A stretch of DNA of 64,000 nt from Candidatus Polarisedimenticolia bacterium. GTDB taxonomy: Bacteria > Acidobacteriota > Polarisedimenticolia > Gp22-AA2. The notes beneath the pieces were generated by a model. The model was given only the letters and a program-made list of their open reading frames with translations. It was not told the DNA's origin and did no database searches. Both the position numbers and the translations under genes were made by a program. Location: NCBI GenBank assembly GCA_036005805.1, contig DASYQE010000066.1, positions 5,502 through 69,501 on the forward strand. Direction: 5' to 3'. Shown piece by piece: positions 30,689 through 39,057 of the stretch (positions within the stretch are counted from its first letter, which is position 1; every line of letters starts with the position of its first letter).

Positions 30689-32031
30689 CGCCTTTGGCGG
30701 CCGGCGCTGTGCAACGCGGTCTCGAATGGTGGCGGCCGGCTCCGACGCCGCGCGTCCATCTTCCCTCGCTCGACGCGGGCGAGTCGCGCGGCGGGACCGC
30801 CTCCTTCGTCGCGCTCGAGGCCTTCATCATCATCCTGCTGCTCGCGCCGCAGGCGCTGTTTCCGGTCCTGTCCCCCTTCCGCGTGGCGCTTCTCGCCGCG
30901 GCCGGCGGCATCGGGATGCACGCGCTGGACCGCCTGTTCGCGCACCGGCCCATCTCCATCGTGACGCGCGAGATCGTCCTCGCCGCGTGCCTGGCCGCCT
31001 GGGCCGCCGTGGGCGTTCCCTTCTCGTACTGGCCCGGAGGAAGCCTCGCCCTGCTGCTCGATGTCTTCATCAAGTCGCTGGCGATCTTCTGGTTGATCGC
31101 CAACATCGCCGGCACGCCGGCGCGGTTCCGCGCCGTGACCATGACCCTGGTGGTCGCCAGCGTCCCCCTCGCGGTGGTGGCGATCCTGCACTTCGTCACC
31201 GGCGACCTCACGCCCGGAGGCTACCAGGGGACGTTCCAGCGGATCACCGGCTACAGCGCGCCGCTCACCGAGAATCCCAATGACCTCGCCCTGACGCTCA
31301 ACCTGCTCCTGCCGTTCTCGGTCGCTGCGCTTTTCCGCGCCCGCAGCGCCGTCGCGCGCGTGATGCTGGCGGGGATCCTCCCGCTCATCGCCGCGGCCAT
31401 CGTCCTGACCTTCTCGCGGGCCGGGTTCCTGACCCTCGCCGCGATGTTCGCGCTGTACGTCTGGAAGCTCGCCCGCAGCACCCGGCGGCACTGGGCGGTG
31501 GCGATGGTCCTGCTCGCGGTCGCGCTCGTTTCGGTCCTGCCCGGGTCGTATCTCGACCGCATCGGAACGATCGCGGACATGCGCACCGACCACACCGGCT
31601 CGTCGCAGGCGCGCTGGGGCGGCATGGTGGCGGCCGCGGGCCTGGCGCTCGCGCACCCCGTCCTCGGAGTCGGTGCGGGGATGAACATCCTGGCTCTCAA
31701 CGAGACGCACGGGGCGCACTGGAAAGAGGTGCACAACGTCTACCTGGAATACGGCGCCGACCTCGGGCTGCCTGGCCTGGTGCTCTTCCTGGCGCTGTTC
31801 TGGTCCTGCTGGTCGCGCGCGCGGCGCACGCAGCGGGACGCGGCGGGGGTGCCGGGCCGCGAGGATCTCTTCCAGCACGGGGTGGCGGTCGAGGCCAGCC
31901 TCGTCGCCTTCGCGGTGGCCGGCATGTTCCACCCCGTCGGCTACAACTTCTACTTCTACATCATCGCCGGACTCGCCGTGGCCCTCGGGACGCTCCACAA
32001 GAGGATGGAGGTGGAGCCTGTCGCGCACTAA
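30685..32031 (+). CDS. O-antigen ligase/polymerase-like (Wzy_C) polytopic membrane protein
   Basis: It has many hydrophobic segments. Wzy_C-like blocks are LTFSRAGFLTL and HNVYLEYGADLGLPGL. It overlaps the upstream gene by ATGA. Confidence 0.7.
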   Translation: MTPLAAGAVQRGLEWWRPAPTPRVHLPSLDAGESRGGTASFVALEAFIIILLLAPQALFPVLSPFRVALLAAAGGIGMHALDRLFAHRPISIVTREIVLAACLAAWAAVGVPFSYWPGGSLALLLDVFIKSLAIFWLIANIAGTPARFRAVTMTLVVASVPLAVVAILHFVTGDLTPGGYQGTFQRITGYSAPLTENPNDLALTLNLLLPFSVAALFRARSAVARVMLAGILPLIAAAIVLTFSRAGFLTLAAMFALYVWKLARSTRRHWAVAMVLLAVALVSVLPGSYLDRIGTIADMRTDHTGSSQARWGGMVAAAGLALAHPVLGVGAGMNILALNETHGAHWKEVHNVYLEYGADLGLPGLVLFLALFWSCWSRARRTQRDAAGVPGREDLFQHGVAVEASLVAFAVAGMFHPVGYNFYFYIIAGLAVALGTLHKRMEVEPVAH

Positions 32032-32032
32032 G

Positions 32033-33259
32033 GTGCTCCAGTTCATCACCGGGTTCCACGTCGGCGGCACCGAGCGGCACGTGGCGCATCTGGCGACGCG
32101 GCTGGATCCGGCCCGATTCGAGGTCCACCTCGCCTGCCTGCAGCCGGCAGGGCCGCTGTATGCCGAGATGGAGGCGAGCGGCTTTCCCCTGACCTCCTAC
32201 CCCATCCGGGGCTTCCTCCGCCTGGACACGTTGCGGCAGCAGCTCCGGTTCGCGGCCTACCTGAAAGAGCAGGCCATCGACATCGTCCACGCCTACGGCT
32301 TCTACCCCATCGTGTTCGCCGTGCCGGTCGCCCGGCTCGCCGGCGCGCCGGTCGTCCTGGCGTCGATCCGCGACAACGGCGATCCCTGGTCGCGCGCCCA
32401 GAGGCTGGTCCAGATGTGCGCCAGCCGGATGGCCCATGGCGTCCTGGTGAACGCCACCGCCGTCCGCGATCGGCTCAGCGCGGGAGGGCACGCGCGCGGC
32501 GGCATCAGCGTGATCCGCAACGGCGTGGACCTCGACCGCTTCGCGCCGGGCCCGCCCGACCCGGCGCTGCGGGAGAGCCTGGGCCTGCCGGCAGACGCGC
32601 CCCTGGTCGTGGCCGTGTCCCGTCTGAATCCGATGAAGGGGATGGACGACTACGTGCAGGCCCTGGCGCTTTTGGCCGACCGGCACACGGAGGCGCGCTT
32701 CGTGATCGTGGGAGACGGGGCCAGCCGCCGGGAGCTCGAGGAACAGGCGCGCCGGCTCGGGCTCGCGCGGCGTTTGGTGTTCACCGGGACGAGGCTCGAC
32801 ATCGCCGCGATCCTTTCGCAGGCGGCCGTCTCGGTCGTCCCCTCGCTGAGCGAAGGCCTGCCCAACATCGTTCTCGAATCGATGGCCGCCGGCGTGCCGG
32901 TCGTGGCGACGCGCGTCGGCGGGATCCCCGAAATCCTCGAGGAGGGAGTCTCCGGCTTCCTGGTGCCGCCCTGCGATGCCCCGGCGCTGGCCGCCGCCAT
33001 CGAACGGCTGCTCGCAGACCCGCTCATGGCCCGGCGCATGGGGGACGCCGGCCGCATGCGGGCGGCCACCCGGTTCTCGATGTCCTCCATGGTGCGCCAG
33101 ACCGAGAGCCTCTACCGGGCGCTCCTCCGGGGCGAGCGCGGCGCCGCGATGGACGCGGACGCGCGGGCCGAAGGCCCCGTGACGCTGTCCCCTCCGCCGG
33201 CCGTCCTGGCGCGACGACGCAGGGAGATGCGACACCCCGCGCGACTGAACGTTCATTGA
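32033..33259 (+). CDS. GT4-family (GT-B) glycosyltransferase
   Basis: Blocks include FITGFHVGGTERHV, VSRLNPMKGMDD and the E-x7-E region PSLSEGLPNIVLESMAAGVPVVATRVGGIPEIL. The GTG start lies 1 nt after the upstream stop. Confidence 0.85.
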   Translation: MLQFITGFHVGGTERHVAHLATRLDPARFEVHLACLQPAGPLYAEMEASGFPLTSYPIRGFLRLDTLRQQLRFAAYLKEQAIDIVHAYGFYPIVFAVPVARLAGAPVVLASIRDNGDPWSRAQRLVQMCASRMAHGVLVNATAVRDRLSAGGHARGGISVIRNGVDLDRFAPGPPDPALRESLGLPADAPLVVAVSRLNPMKGMDDYVQALALLADRHTEARFVIVGDGASRRELEEQARRLGLARRLVFTGTRLDIAAILSQAAVSVVPSLSEGLPNIVLESMAAGVPVVATRVGGIPEILEEGVSGFLVPPCDAPALAAAIERLLADPLMARRMGDAGRMRAATRFSMSSMVRQTESLYRALLRGERGAAMDADARAEGPVTLSPPPAVLARRRREMRHPARLNVH

Positions 33260-33285
33260 GTGATTCCCTGAAAGGAGACCCGCAC

Positions 33286-33435
33286 ATGCTCGAGACCCTG
33301 ATCATCGTCCTCGTCGTTCTCTGGCTGCTTGGCCTCGTGACCTCGTACACCATGGGAGGACTGATCCACGTCCTCCTGGTCGTCGCAGCCGTGATGCTCC
33401 TGCTCCGCCTGATGCGCGGCCGGAGACTCGCATGA
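33286..33435 (+). CDS. lmo0937-family-like tiny membrane protein (49 aa)
   Basis: MLETLIIVLVVLWLLGLVTSYTMGGLIHVLLVVAAVMLLLRLMRGRRLA matches my memory of this small two-helix family. The SD AAAGGAGACC lies upstream. Confidence 0.6.
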   Translation: MLETLIIVLVVLWLLGLVTSYTMGGLIHVLLVVAAVMLLLRLMRGRRLA

Positions 33436-33653
33436 GCCCCATCAAGATCCTCGCCATCGTGCTGATCGCGGGAGGCCTCTTCGGGCTCCTGTACGGCGGC
33501 TTCACCTACACGCAGGACAGCCACGATCTCAAGATCGGCAGCCTGGAGTTGTCGGTCAAGGACAAGAAGACAGTCAACATCCCGATGTGGGCCGGTGCCG
33601 GCGCCGTCGCGACCGGCGCGGCGCTGCTGATCCTCCGCCCGAGGAGTTCGTAG
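33432..33653 (+). CDS. small two-TM membrane protein (73 aa), unknown function
   Basis: It overlaps the previous gene by ATGA. The N-terminal TM is ILAIVLIAGGLFGLLYGG and the C-terminal TM is WAGAGAVATGAALLIL. Confidence 0.5.
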   Translation: MSPIKILAIVLIAGGLFGLLYGGFTYTQDSHDLKIGSLELSVKDKKTVNIPMWAGAGAVATGAALLILRPRSS

Positions 33654-33687
33654 ATCCCGCCGGAATCAATGGAAAGAGGTGCATGAC

Positions 33688-35229
33688 ATGAACACCAGGA
33701 CCGTTCGCTTGTACGTGGCCGTCGCCTGCGCTCTGGCGGTTGCAGCCGCGGCCGGAGGCCCGGCCTCCGCCCAGACGAAGATCAAGCCGGGCTTCAACAT
33801 CTTCTCCGTGGATCAGGACAAGGAGATCGGCCAGAAGTCCGCCGCCGAGGCGGAGAGCCAGCTGCCGATCCTCCATGATCGCTCGATCGACGCGTTCGTC
33901 ACCGCGGTCGGACTGCGCCTCGCGGCCGTCGCCCCCGGGGCGCACTATCCCTACCAGTTCAAGGTCGTGAACGCCTCCGACATCAACGCGTTCGCGCTTC
34001 CCGGCGGCTACCTGTACTTCAACCGCGGCCTCATCCAGGCGGCCACCTCCGAAGGACAGCTCGCGGGCGTCATGGCGCACGAGATCTCCCACGTGGCGCT
34101 GCGGCACGGGACCAACCAGGCCTCGAAGGCCTATCTCGGCCAGATGGGGCTCGGGGTGATGGCCGGGCTCGTCGGCAAGGAGGGCAGCTCGACCGGCAAG
34201 ACGCTCGACGCCATCGGCGGATTCGGGATGAACACGCTGTTCCTGAAGTTCAGCCGCACGGACGAAGAGCAGGCCGACGTGGTGGGGGCGCAGATCATGG
34301 CCCGGGCCGGCTACGACCCGAAGGACATGGTCGATTTCTTCGAGATGCTGCGGAGCACCCAGGCGCACGATCCGGGCAAGGTGGAGCAGTTCTTCGCCAC
34401 CCACCCCGCCCCCAAGGACCGCGCCGCCCGCATCCGGAGCGAGATGCGGTCGCTGAACGTCAAGACGACGGCGCCGGTGGGCGGCTTCAAGCAGGCCCGG
34501 TCCGAGCTCCAGGGAATGTCCCCGGCCAAGTCGTCCCAGCAGATCGCCCAGGCGGGCACCACGACCGCGACACCGGACCCGGAAGGAATCGTCACCGGCG
34601 GCGGCGGTCGCGCCGCCGAGATCAACATCGATCGCCCCTCCACGAGCTACCGATCGTTCGGCCAGCGCAGCGGGTTCTTCCGGATCGACTACCCGGCGAA
34701 CTGGAGCGTCTACGAGCCGTCGAACGGGTACGGGGTCACCCTCGCGCCCCTGGGTGGCTACGTCGACACCGGCGCCGCGGAGCGCAATCTCGTCTACGGC
34801 GTGATCGTCAATCACTACGACCCGATCGATCGCGATGCCGCCACGCGGTTCGGAAGCGTGGACTCCGCGGACTTCAGCACCGGCTTCATCGACGGCAGCG
34901 GCGGCCCGGTCAGCCGCACGAACCTGGCCCAGGCCACGAACGACCTCATCGCTCAGATCCTCCAGTCCAACCCCAACCTCAAGTTGATCCCGAACTCCCA
35001 GCGCACCGACACGGTCAGCGGGGAGGCGGCGCTCTCCCTCGTCCTGGCCGGCCGCTCGTCCGTCACCGAACGGGAAGAGCGGATCACGCTGTTCACCCGC
35101 GAGCTCCCCGATGACGACGTGATCTACGCGCTCTTCATCGCCCCCGGGGAGGACTACGGCGAGCTGGGCAAGACGTTCGACCGCATGATCGCCAGCCTTC
35201 GGGTCAACGACAGCGCCGTGCACCCGTAG
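33688..35229 (+). CDS. secreted M48-family zinc metallopeptidase with a C-terminal domain of unknown function
   Basis: The signal peptide is VRLYVAVACALAVAAAAGGPASA. The HEXXH motif lies in GVMAHEISHVALRHG. The third-ligand region is RTDEEQADVVGAQIM. I chose ATG 33688, 9 nt after GGAAAGAGG; the track start is GTG 33679. Confidence 0.8.
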   Translation: MNTRTVRLYVAVACALAVAAAAGGPASAQTKIKPGFNIFSVDQDKEIGQKSAAEAESQLPILHDRSIDAFVTAVGLRLAAVAPGAHYPYQFKVVNASDINAFALPGGYLYFNRGLIQAATSEGQLAGVMAHEISHVALRHGTNQASKAYLGQMGLGVMAGLVGKEGSSTGKTLDAIGGFGMNTLFLKFSRTDEEQADVVGAQIMARAGYDPKDMVDFFEMLRSTQAHDPGKVEQFFATHPAPKDRAARIRSEMRSLNVKTTAPVGGFKQARSELQGMSPAKSSQQIAQAGTTTATPDPEGIVTGGGGRAAEINIDRPSTSYRSFGQRSGFFRIDYPANWSVYEPSNGYGVTLAPLGGYVDTGAAERNLVYGVIVNHYDPIDRDAATRFGSVDSADFSTGFIDGSGGPVSRTNLAQATNDLIAQILQSNPNLKLIPNSQRTDTVSGEAALSLVLAGRSSVTEREERITLFTRELPDDDVIYALFIAPGEDYGELGKTFDRMIASLRVNDSAVHP

Positions 35230-35238
35230 CCGCGTTCG

Positions 35239-36459
35239 ATGCTCAATTCTCCCCCCGCGGGAATCGCCCCGTCCCTCCCCTGCTCGATCGAATCGATCGA
35301 GGAGGTGGAGGGGTTCCGTCGGCTGCGCCCGGAATGGGACGACCTGCTGGCCTCGAGCCGATCCGACTGCCTCTTCCTGACCTGGGAGTGGCTGTTCACC
35401 TGGTGGAAGCACCTCGGTGGGCGGCGGCGGCTCCAGATCCTGGCGCTGCGCTCCGCCGGGGAGCTGATCGCCATCGCGCCTCTGGCCCTCCGCCCCCCGG
35501 ACTACGGCCGCCTGGCGCCGTTCCGCGCGCTGGAATTCCTGGGGACCGGGACCGCCGGATCGGACTACCTCGATCTGATCGTCCGGGACGGGCAGGAATC
35601 GGTCGCCCTGTCCGTGTTGGCCGATCACCTGGCGCGCGGCAAGGTCATGCTCGAGCTGGCGCAGATCAGGACGGGCGGCTCCCTGGCTCGCGATCTGGCG
35701 GAGCGGATCGCGGAGCGCGGCTGGAGCCTGACCGCCTCCGGGACCTCCGTGTGCCCTTACATCGATCTCGAGGGGCTGACGTGGGCGTCGTATCTCGCCG
35801 GACTCGGCCCGGCGCACCGCGCCAATCTGCAGCGCCGCCTGAGGAACCTGTCCCGCTCGTCGGATCTGATCTTCACCGCGGCGGCGAGCGAAGAAGAGCG
35901 CCGCGAATTCCTCGGCCACTTGATCGACCTGCACCTCCTGCGCCGCCAGGAGCTCGGAGGATCGGATGCCTTCCACACCCCGGGACTCGTGGCCTTCCAC
36001 GAAGAGTTCAGCGCGCTGGCGCGGCAACGCGGCTGGCTGCGCCTGTACCTCCTGCGTCTCGACCGGAAACCGGCCGCGGCGCTCTACGGGTTCCAATACG
36101 GCCCGACTTTCTCCTTCTACCAGTCGGGGTTCGACCCCGCGTACCGCAAGCAGAGCGTCGGTCTCGTCGCCATGGCGCTGACCATCCGGAAGGCCCTCGA
36201 GGCGGGGGCGGCGGAATTCGACTTCCTGCACGGGGATGAAACGTACAAGTCGCTCTGGGCCCCGGAACGCCGGGAGATCGGACGGCTGGAGAGTTACCCG
36301 CCCCATGCCCGGGGCGCCCTCCAGCGGAGCGTGAACCAGATCGGCCGTGACGCGCGCCGGCTGGCGCGTCGCGCCCTGCCCCGCGTCCTGGCCGGCCGCA
36401 TCGCCTCCGCCCTGAACCGCAGTCCGGGAGAGACACGCACGTGCTGCGACGTCTCCTGA
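35239..36459 (+). CDS. FemAB-related / CelD-like GNAT-fold transferase (type found in exosortase-style EPS loci)
   Basis: It carries EWDDLL...LFLTWEWLFTWWKHLG, LQRRLRNL and EFDFLHGDETYK, the same family as the 11042 and 12177 genes. Confidence 0.7.
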   Translation: MLNSPPAGIAPSLPCSIESIEEVEGFRRLRPEWDDLLASSRSDCLFLTWEWLFTWWKHLGGRRRLQILALRSAGELIAIAPLALRPPDYGRLAPFRALEFLGTGTAGSDYLDLIVRDGQESVALSVLADHLARGKVMLELAQIRTGGSLARDLAERIAERGWSLTASGTSVCPYIDLEGLTWASYLAGLGPAHRANLQRRLRNLSRSSDLIFTAAASEEERREFLGHLIDLHLLRRQELGGSDAFHTPGLVAFHEEFSALARQRGWLRLYLLRLDRKPAAALYGFQYGPTFSFYQSGFDPAYRKQSVGLVAMALTIRKALEAGAAEFDFLHGDETYKSLWAPERREIGRLESYPPHARGALQRSVNQIGRDARRLARRALPRVLAGRIASALNRSPGETRTCCDVS

Positions 36460-37562
36460 AGTCGGCTCTGGCACTGGGGCTGAGCAAGTCGGGCGTCGCG
36501 GGGCGCCTGGGCTCCGGACGGAATGGCGGGGACGCCCCCCTCATCGTCGGGTACCACAGGGTGGTGCAGGACTTCGACCGCAGCGCCAGAAGCGCGATCC
36601 CCTCGATGCTGATCAGCGCCCGGATGCTGGAGAAGCAGCTCGACTGGCTGGGCGGACATTACCGGCTGGTTTCGCTGCAGGAGATGGGGCAGCGCCTGCG
36701 GGAAGGCCGCACCGCCGGCACCGCCGCCGTCACCTTCGACGACGGCTACGGCGACGTGTACGAGAACGCCTTTCCGATCCTCGCGCGCAAGGGGATTCCC
36801 GCGACCATCTTCGTCGTCAGCGACCTGATCGGCACGCCGCGGTCGCTGTCCCACGATCGGCTGTACGCCCTCCTGGCCCGGGCCCTGCCGGACACGACGG
36901 ACCCCGCCGGCATGCTGGGCGGCTTGCACCGCGCCTGCGGACGGCGCGCCCCCGATCCGCGGGTCCTGGCGCGTGCCGCCCGGACGAACTTCACGGCGCT
37001 GCGGCTGTTCCTCGACACGCTGCCGCAGCCGGCCATCCTCGCGGTCATCGCCACGCTCGAGTCCCGCTTCGGCGTTCCGAGCGGTGACGGAGACCGGGCG
37101 CTCACGTGGGAGATGATCGACGCGATGGCCCCGGCCGGCGTGAGCATCGGCTCGCACGGCAGGACCCACGCCCTGCTCACGCACGTGAGCCAGGAGCGGA
37201 AGCACGACGAGATCTCCGGGTCGCGCCGGATGCTGGAGGCGCGTCTGGGGACTCCCGTCGAGCATCTCGCCTATCCCGACGGGCGGTTCGACTCCGGCAC
37301 GCTCGTCGCCACGGCCGCGGCCGGCTACCGTTTCGCCTACACCGCCTGCGCGCACCGCGACCCGGCGTTTCCGCTCCTGACGCTGCCGCGCCGCATCCTC
37401 TGGGAGCGCGCCGCCGTCGACGGACGCGGCGCCTTCTCCGCCCCGGTCTTCGACTGCCTGGTCGGCGGCGTGTTCGACCGGTTGTCACCGTGCCGCCAGA
37501 CCCACGGGCCGGGAATCCACGACCGGCCGCAACTCCGCGCCGAGTGGAGCCGCACGGCATGA
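36441..37562 (+). CDS. polysaccharide deacetylase (NodB homology / CE4)
   Basis: NodB motif 1 is AAVTFDDGYGDVYENAFPIL and motif 2 is SIGSHGRTHALL. The GTG start overlaps the upstream gene by 19 nt. Confidence 0.8.
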   Translation: MLRRLLKSALALGLSKSGVAGRLGSGRNGGDAPLIVGYHRVVQDFDRSARSAIPSMLISARMLEKQLDWLGGHYRLVSLQEMGQRLREGRTAGTAAVTFDDGYGDVYENAFPILARKGIPATIFVVSDLIGTPRSLSHDRLYALLARALPDTTDPAGMLGGLHRACGRRAPDPRVLARAARTNFTALRLFLDTLPQPAILAVIATLESRFGVPSGDGDRALTWEMIDAMAPAGVSIGSHGRTHALLTHVSQERKHDEISGSRRMLEARLGTPVEHLAYPDGRFDSGTLVATAAAGYRFAYTACAHRDPAFPLLTLPRRILWERAAVDGRGAFSAPVFDCLVGGVFDRLSPCRQTHGPGIHDRPQLRAEWSRTA

Positions 37563-39049
37563 CGATCCTGCCCGCCCGGGCTCGCGCGCTGCTCCTTGGG
37601 CCCGAGATCCTCCTGACGCTCGGCCGGACCGTCGGCTTCGCGGCGACCTTTTTCATCCCGGTGGTGCTGGTGCGGGTGTTCGACCGGGCCACGTTCGGAA
37701 CCTACAAGCAGCTTTTCCTCGTCTTCACGACCTTGTACTTCATCGCGCAGGCCGGCCTGGCCGAGAGTCTCTTCTACTTCGTCCCGAAGACCGAGGGGCG
37801 CCGCGGGACGTACGTCGCGCACGCCGCCCTCGGCCTGACGACGATGGGCCTCCTGTCGGGGGCGCTGCTGTGGGCGGGGGCGCCGGCGATCGGCGCCTGG
37901 CTGAACAACCCCGCCCTGGCCGCCTTCCTTCCCTGGATCGGCGCGTTCCTCTTTCTCATGCTCGTGTCGGCCGGCCTCGAGATCGTCCTGATCGCCCGCG
38001 GTCGCTTCGCCTGGGCCGCGGCGTCGTACGGGCTGTCCGACCTGCTGCGGGCCGCGGTGTTCATCGTCCCCGCGCTTCTCACCCGCCGCCTGGAATGGCT
38101 GCTGTACGGGGCGGTGGCGTTCGCGGCCGTGCGCGTGGTGGTGGCGCTCGGCTACTTCGCGAGGGAATTCCGGGGGGCGCTGCGTCCGGGTTCCGGCGCG
38201 CTCAAGGAACAGCTCTCCTATGCGCTGCCGTTCGGCGCGGCGGTCCTGATCGACACGATCCAGGGGAACCTGCACCAGTACGTGGTCTCGGCGCGCTTCG
38301 ACGCGGCGACCTTCGCCCTGTACGCCGTCGGCTGCCTGCAGATCCCGTTCGTGGACTTCGTGGCGGGCCCGGCCGGCAACGTGATGATGGTCCGCATGAG
38401 CGAGGCGCGCGCCCGAGGCGACACGGACTCCCTGCGGCCGCTCTGGCACCGGACGACGCTGCGCCTCGCGCTGATCTTCTTCCCGCTGACGACGCTGCTC
38501 CTGGTGCTCGGACGCGACCTGATCGTCACCCTGTTCACTCCCGCGTACGCGGCGAGCGTGCCGATCTTCCTGGTGTGGTCCCTGTCGATCCTCTTCCCGG
38601 TGCTGCAGACCGACGGCGTCCTGCGGGTGTTCGCGAGGACCCGCTTCCTGCTGGTGGTGAACGTCCTCCGGCTGCTCCTCATCCTGGGGTCGATCTCCTG
38701 GTTCCTTTCGACCTTCGGGATGATGGGGGCCGTCCTGGTGACCCTGACCGGCATGCTCCTCGCCAAGGGGCTGATGCTGTTCGAGGTGAGCCGGCGCCTC
38801 AAGACCGGACTGCGGGATCTCCTCCCCTGGCGCGGCCTGGCCGAGACGGCCGGGCTGGCCATAGCCGCAGCCGCTCCTGCGTGGGTGGTCATGAAAGCGC
38901 TCGAGGATCATCCGCTGGCGGGGATCTTGGCCGCCGGGACGACCTACGCGGCGATCTACCTGGCGGCGCTCGCCGGGCTGAGGCGACGGCAGGGCGCCGG
39001 CGGAGGCGCTGCGATCGTGCTCCGGCCGCAGCGCGCCGAGGCGGGGTAA
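37559..39049 (+). CDS. Wzx-type oligosaccharide flippase (MOP superfamily)
   Basis: The roughly 496-aa protein is hydrophobic along almost its whole length, with about 12-14 predicted TM segments. It sits in a Wzy-type locus and overlaps the deacetylase by ATGA. I recognise no diagnostic motif beyond topology. Confidence 0.65.
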   Translation: MTILPARARALLLGPEILLTLGRTVGFAATFFIPVVLVRVFDRATFGTYKQLFLVFTTLYFIAQAGLAESLFYFVPKTEGRRGTYVAHAALGLTTMGLLSGALLWAGAPAIGAWLNNPALAAFLPWIGAFLFLMLVSAGLEIVLIARGRFAWAAASYGLSDLLRAAVFIVPALLTRRLEWLLYGAVAFAAVRVVVALGYFAREFRGALRPGSGALKEQLSYALPFGAAVLIDTIQGNLHQYVVSARFDAATFALYAVGCLQIPFVDFVAGPAGNVMMVRMSEARARGDTDSLRPLWHRTTLRLALIFFPLTTLLLVLGRDLIVTLFTPAYAASVPIFLVWSLSILFPVLQTDGVLRVFARTRFLLVVNVLRLLLILGSISWFLSTFGMMGAVLVTLTGMLLAKGLMLFEVSRRLKTGLRDLLPWRGLAETAGLAIAAAAPAWVVMKALEDHPLAGILAAGTTYAAIYLAALAGLRRRQGAGGGAAIVLRPQRAEAG

Positions 39050-39057
39050 TCCCGGCC

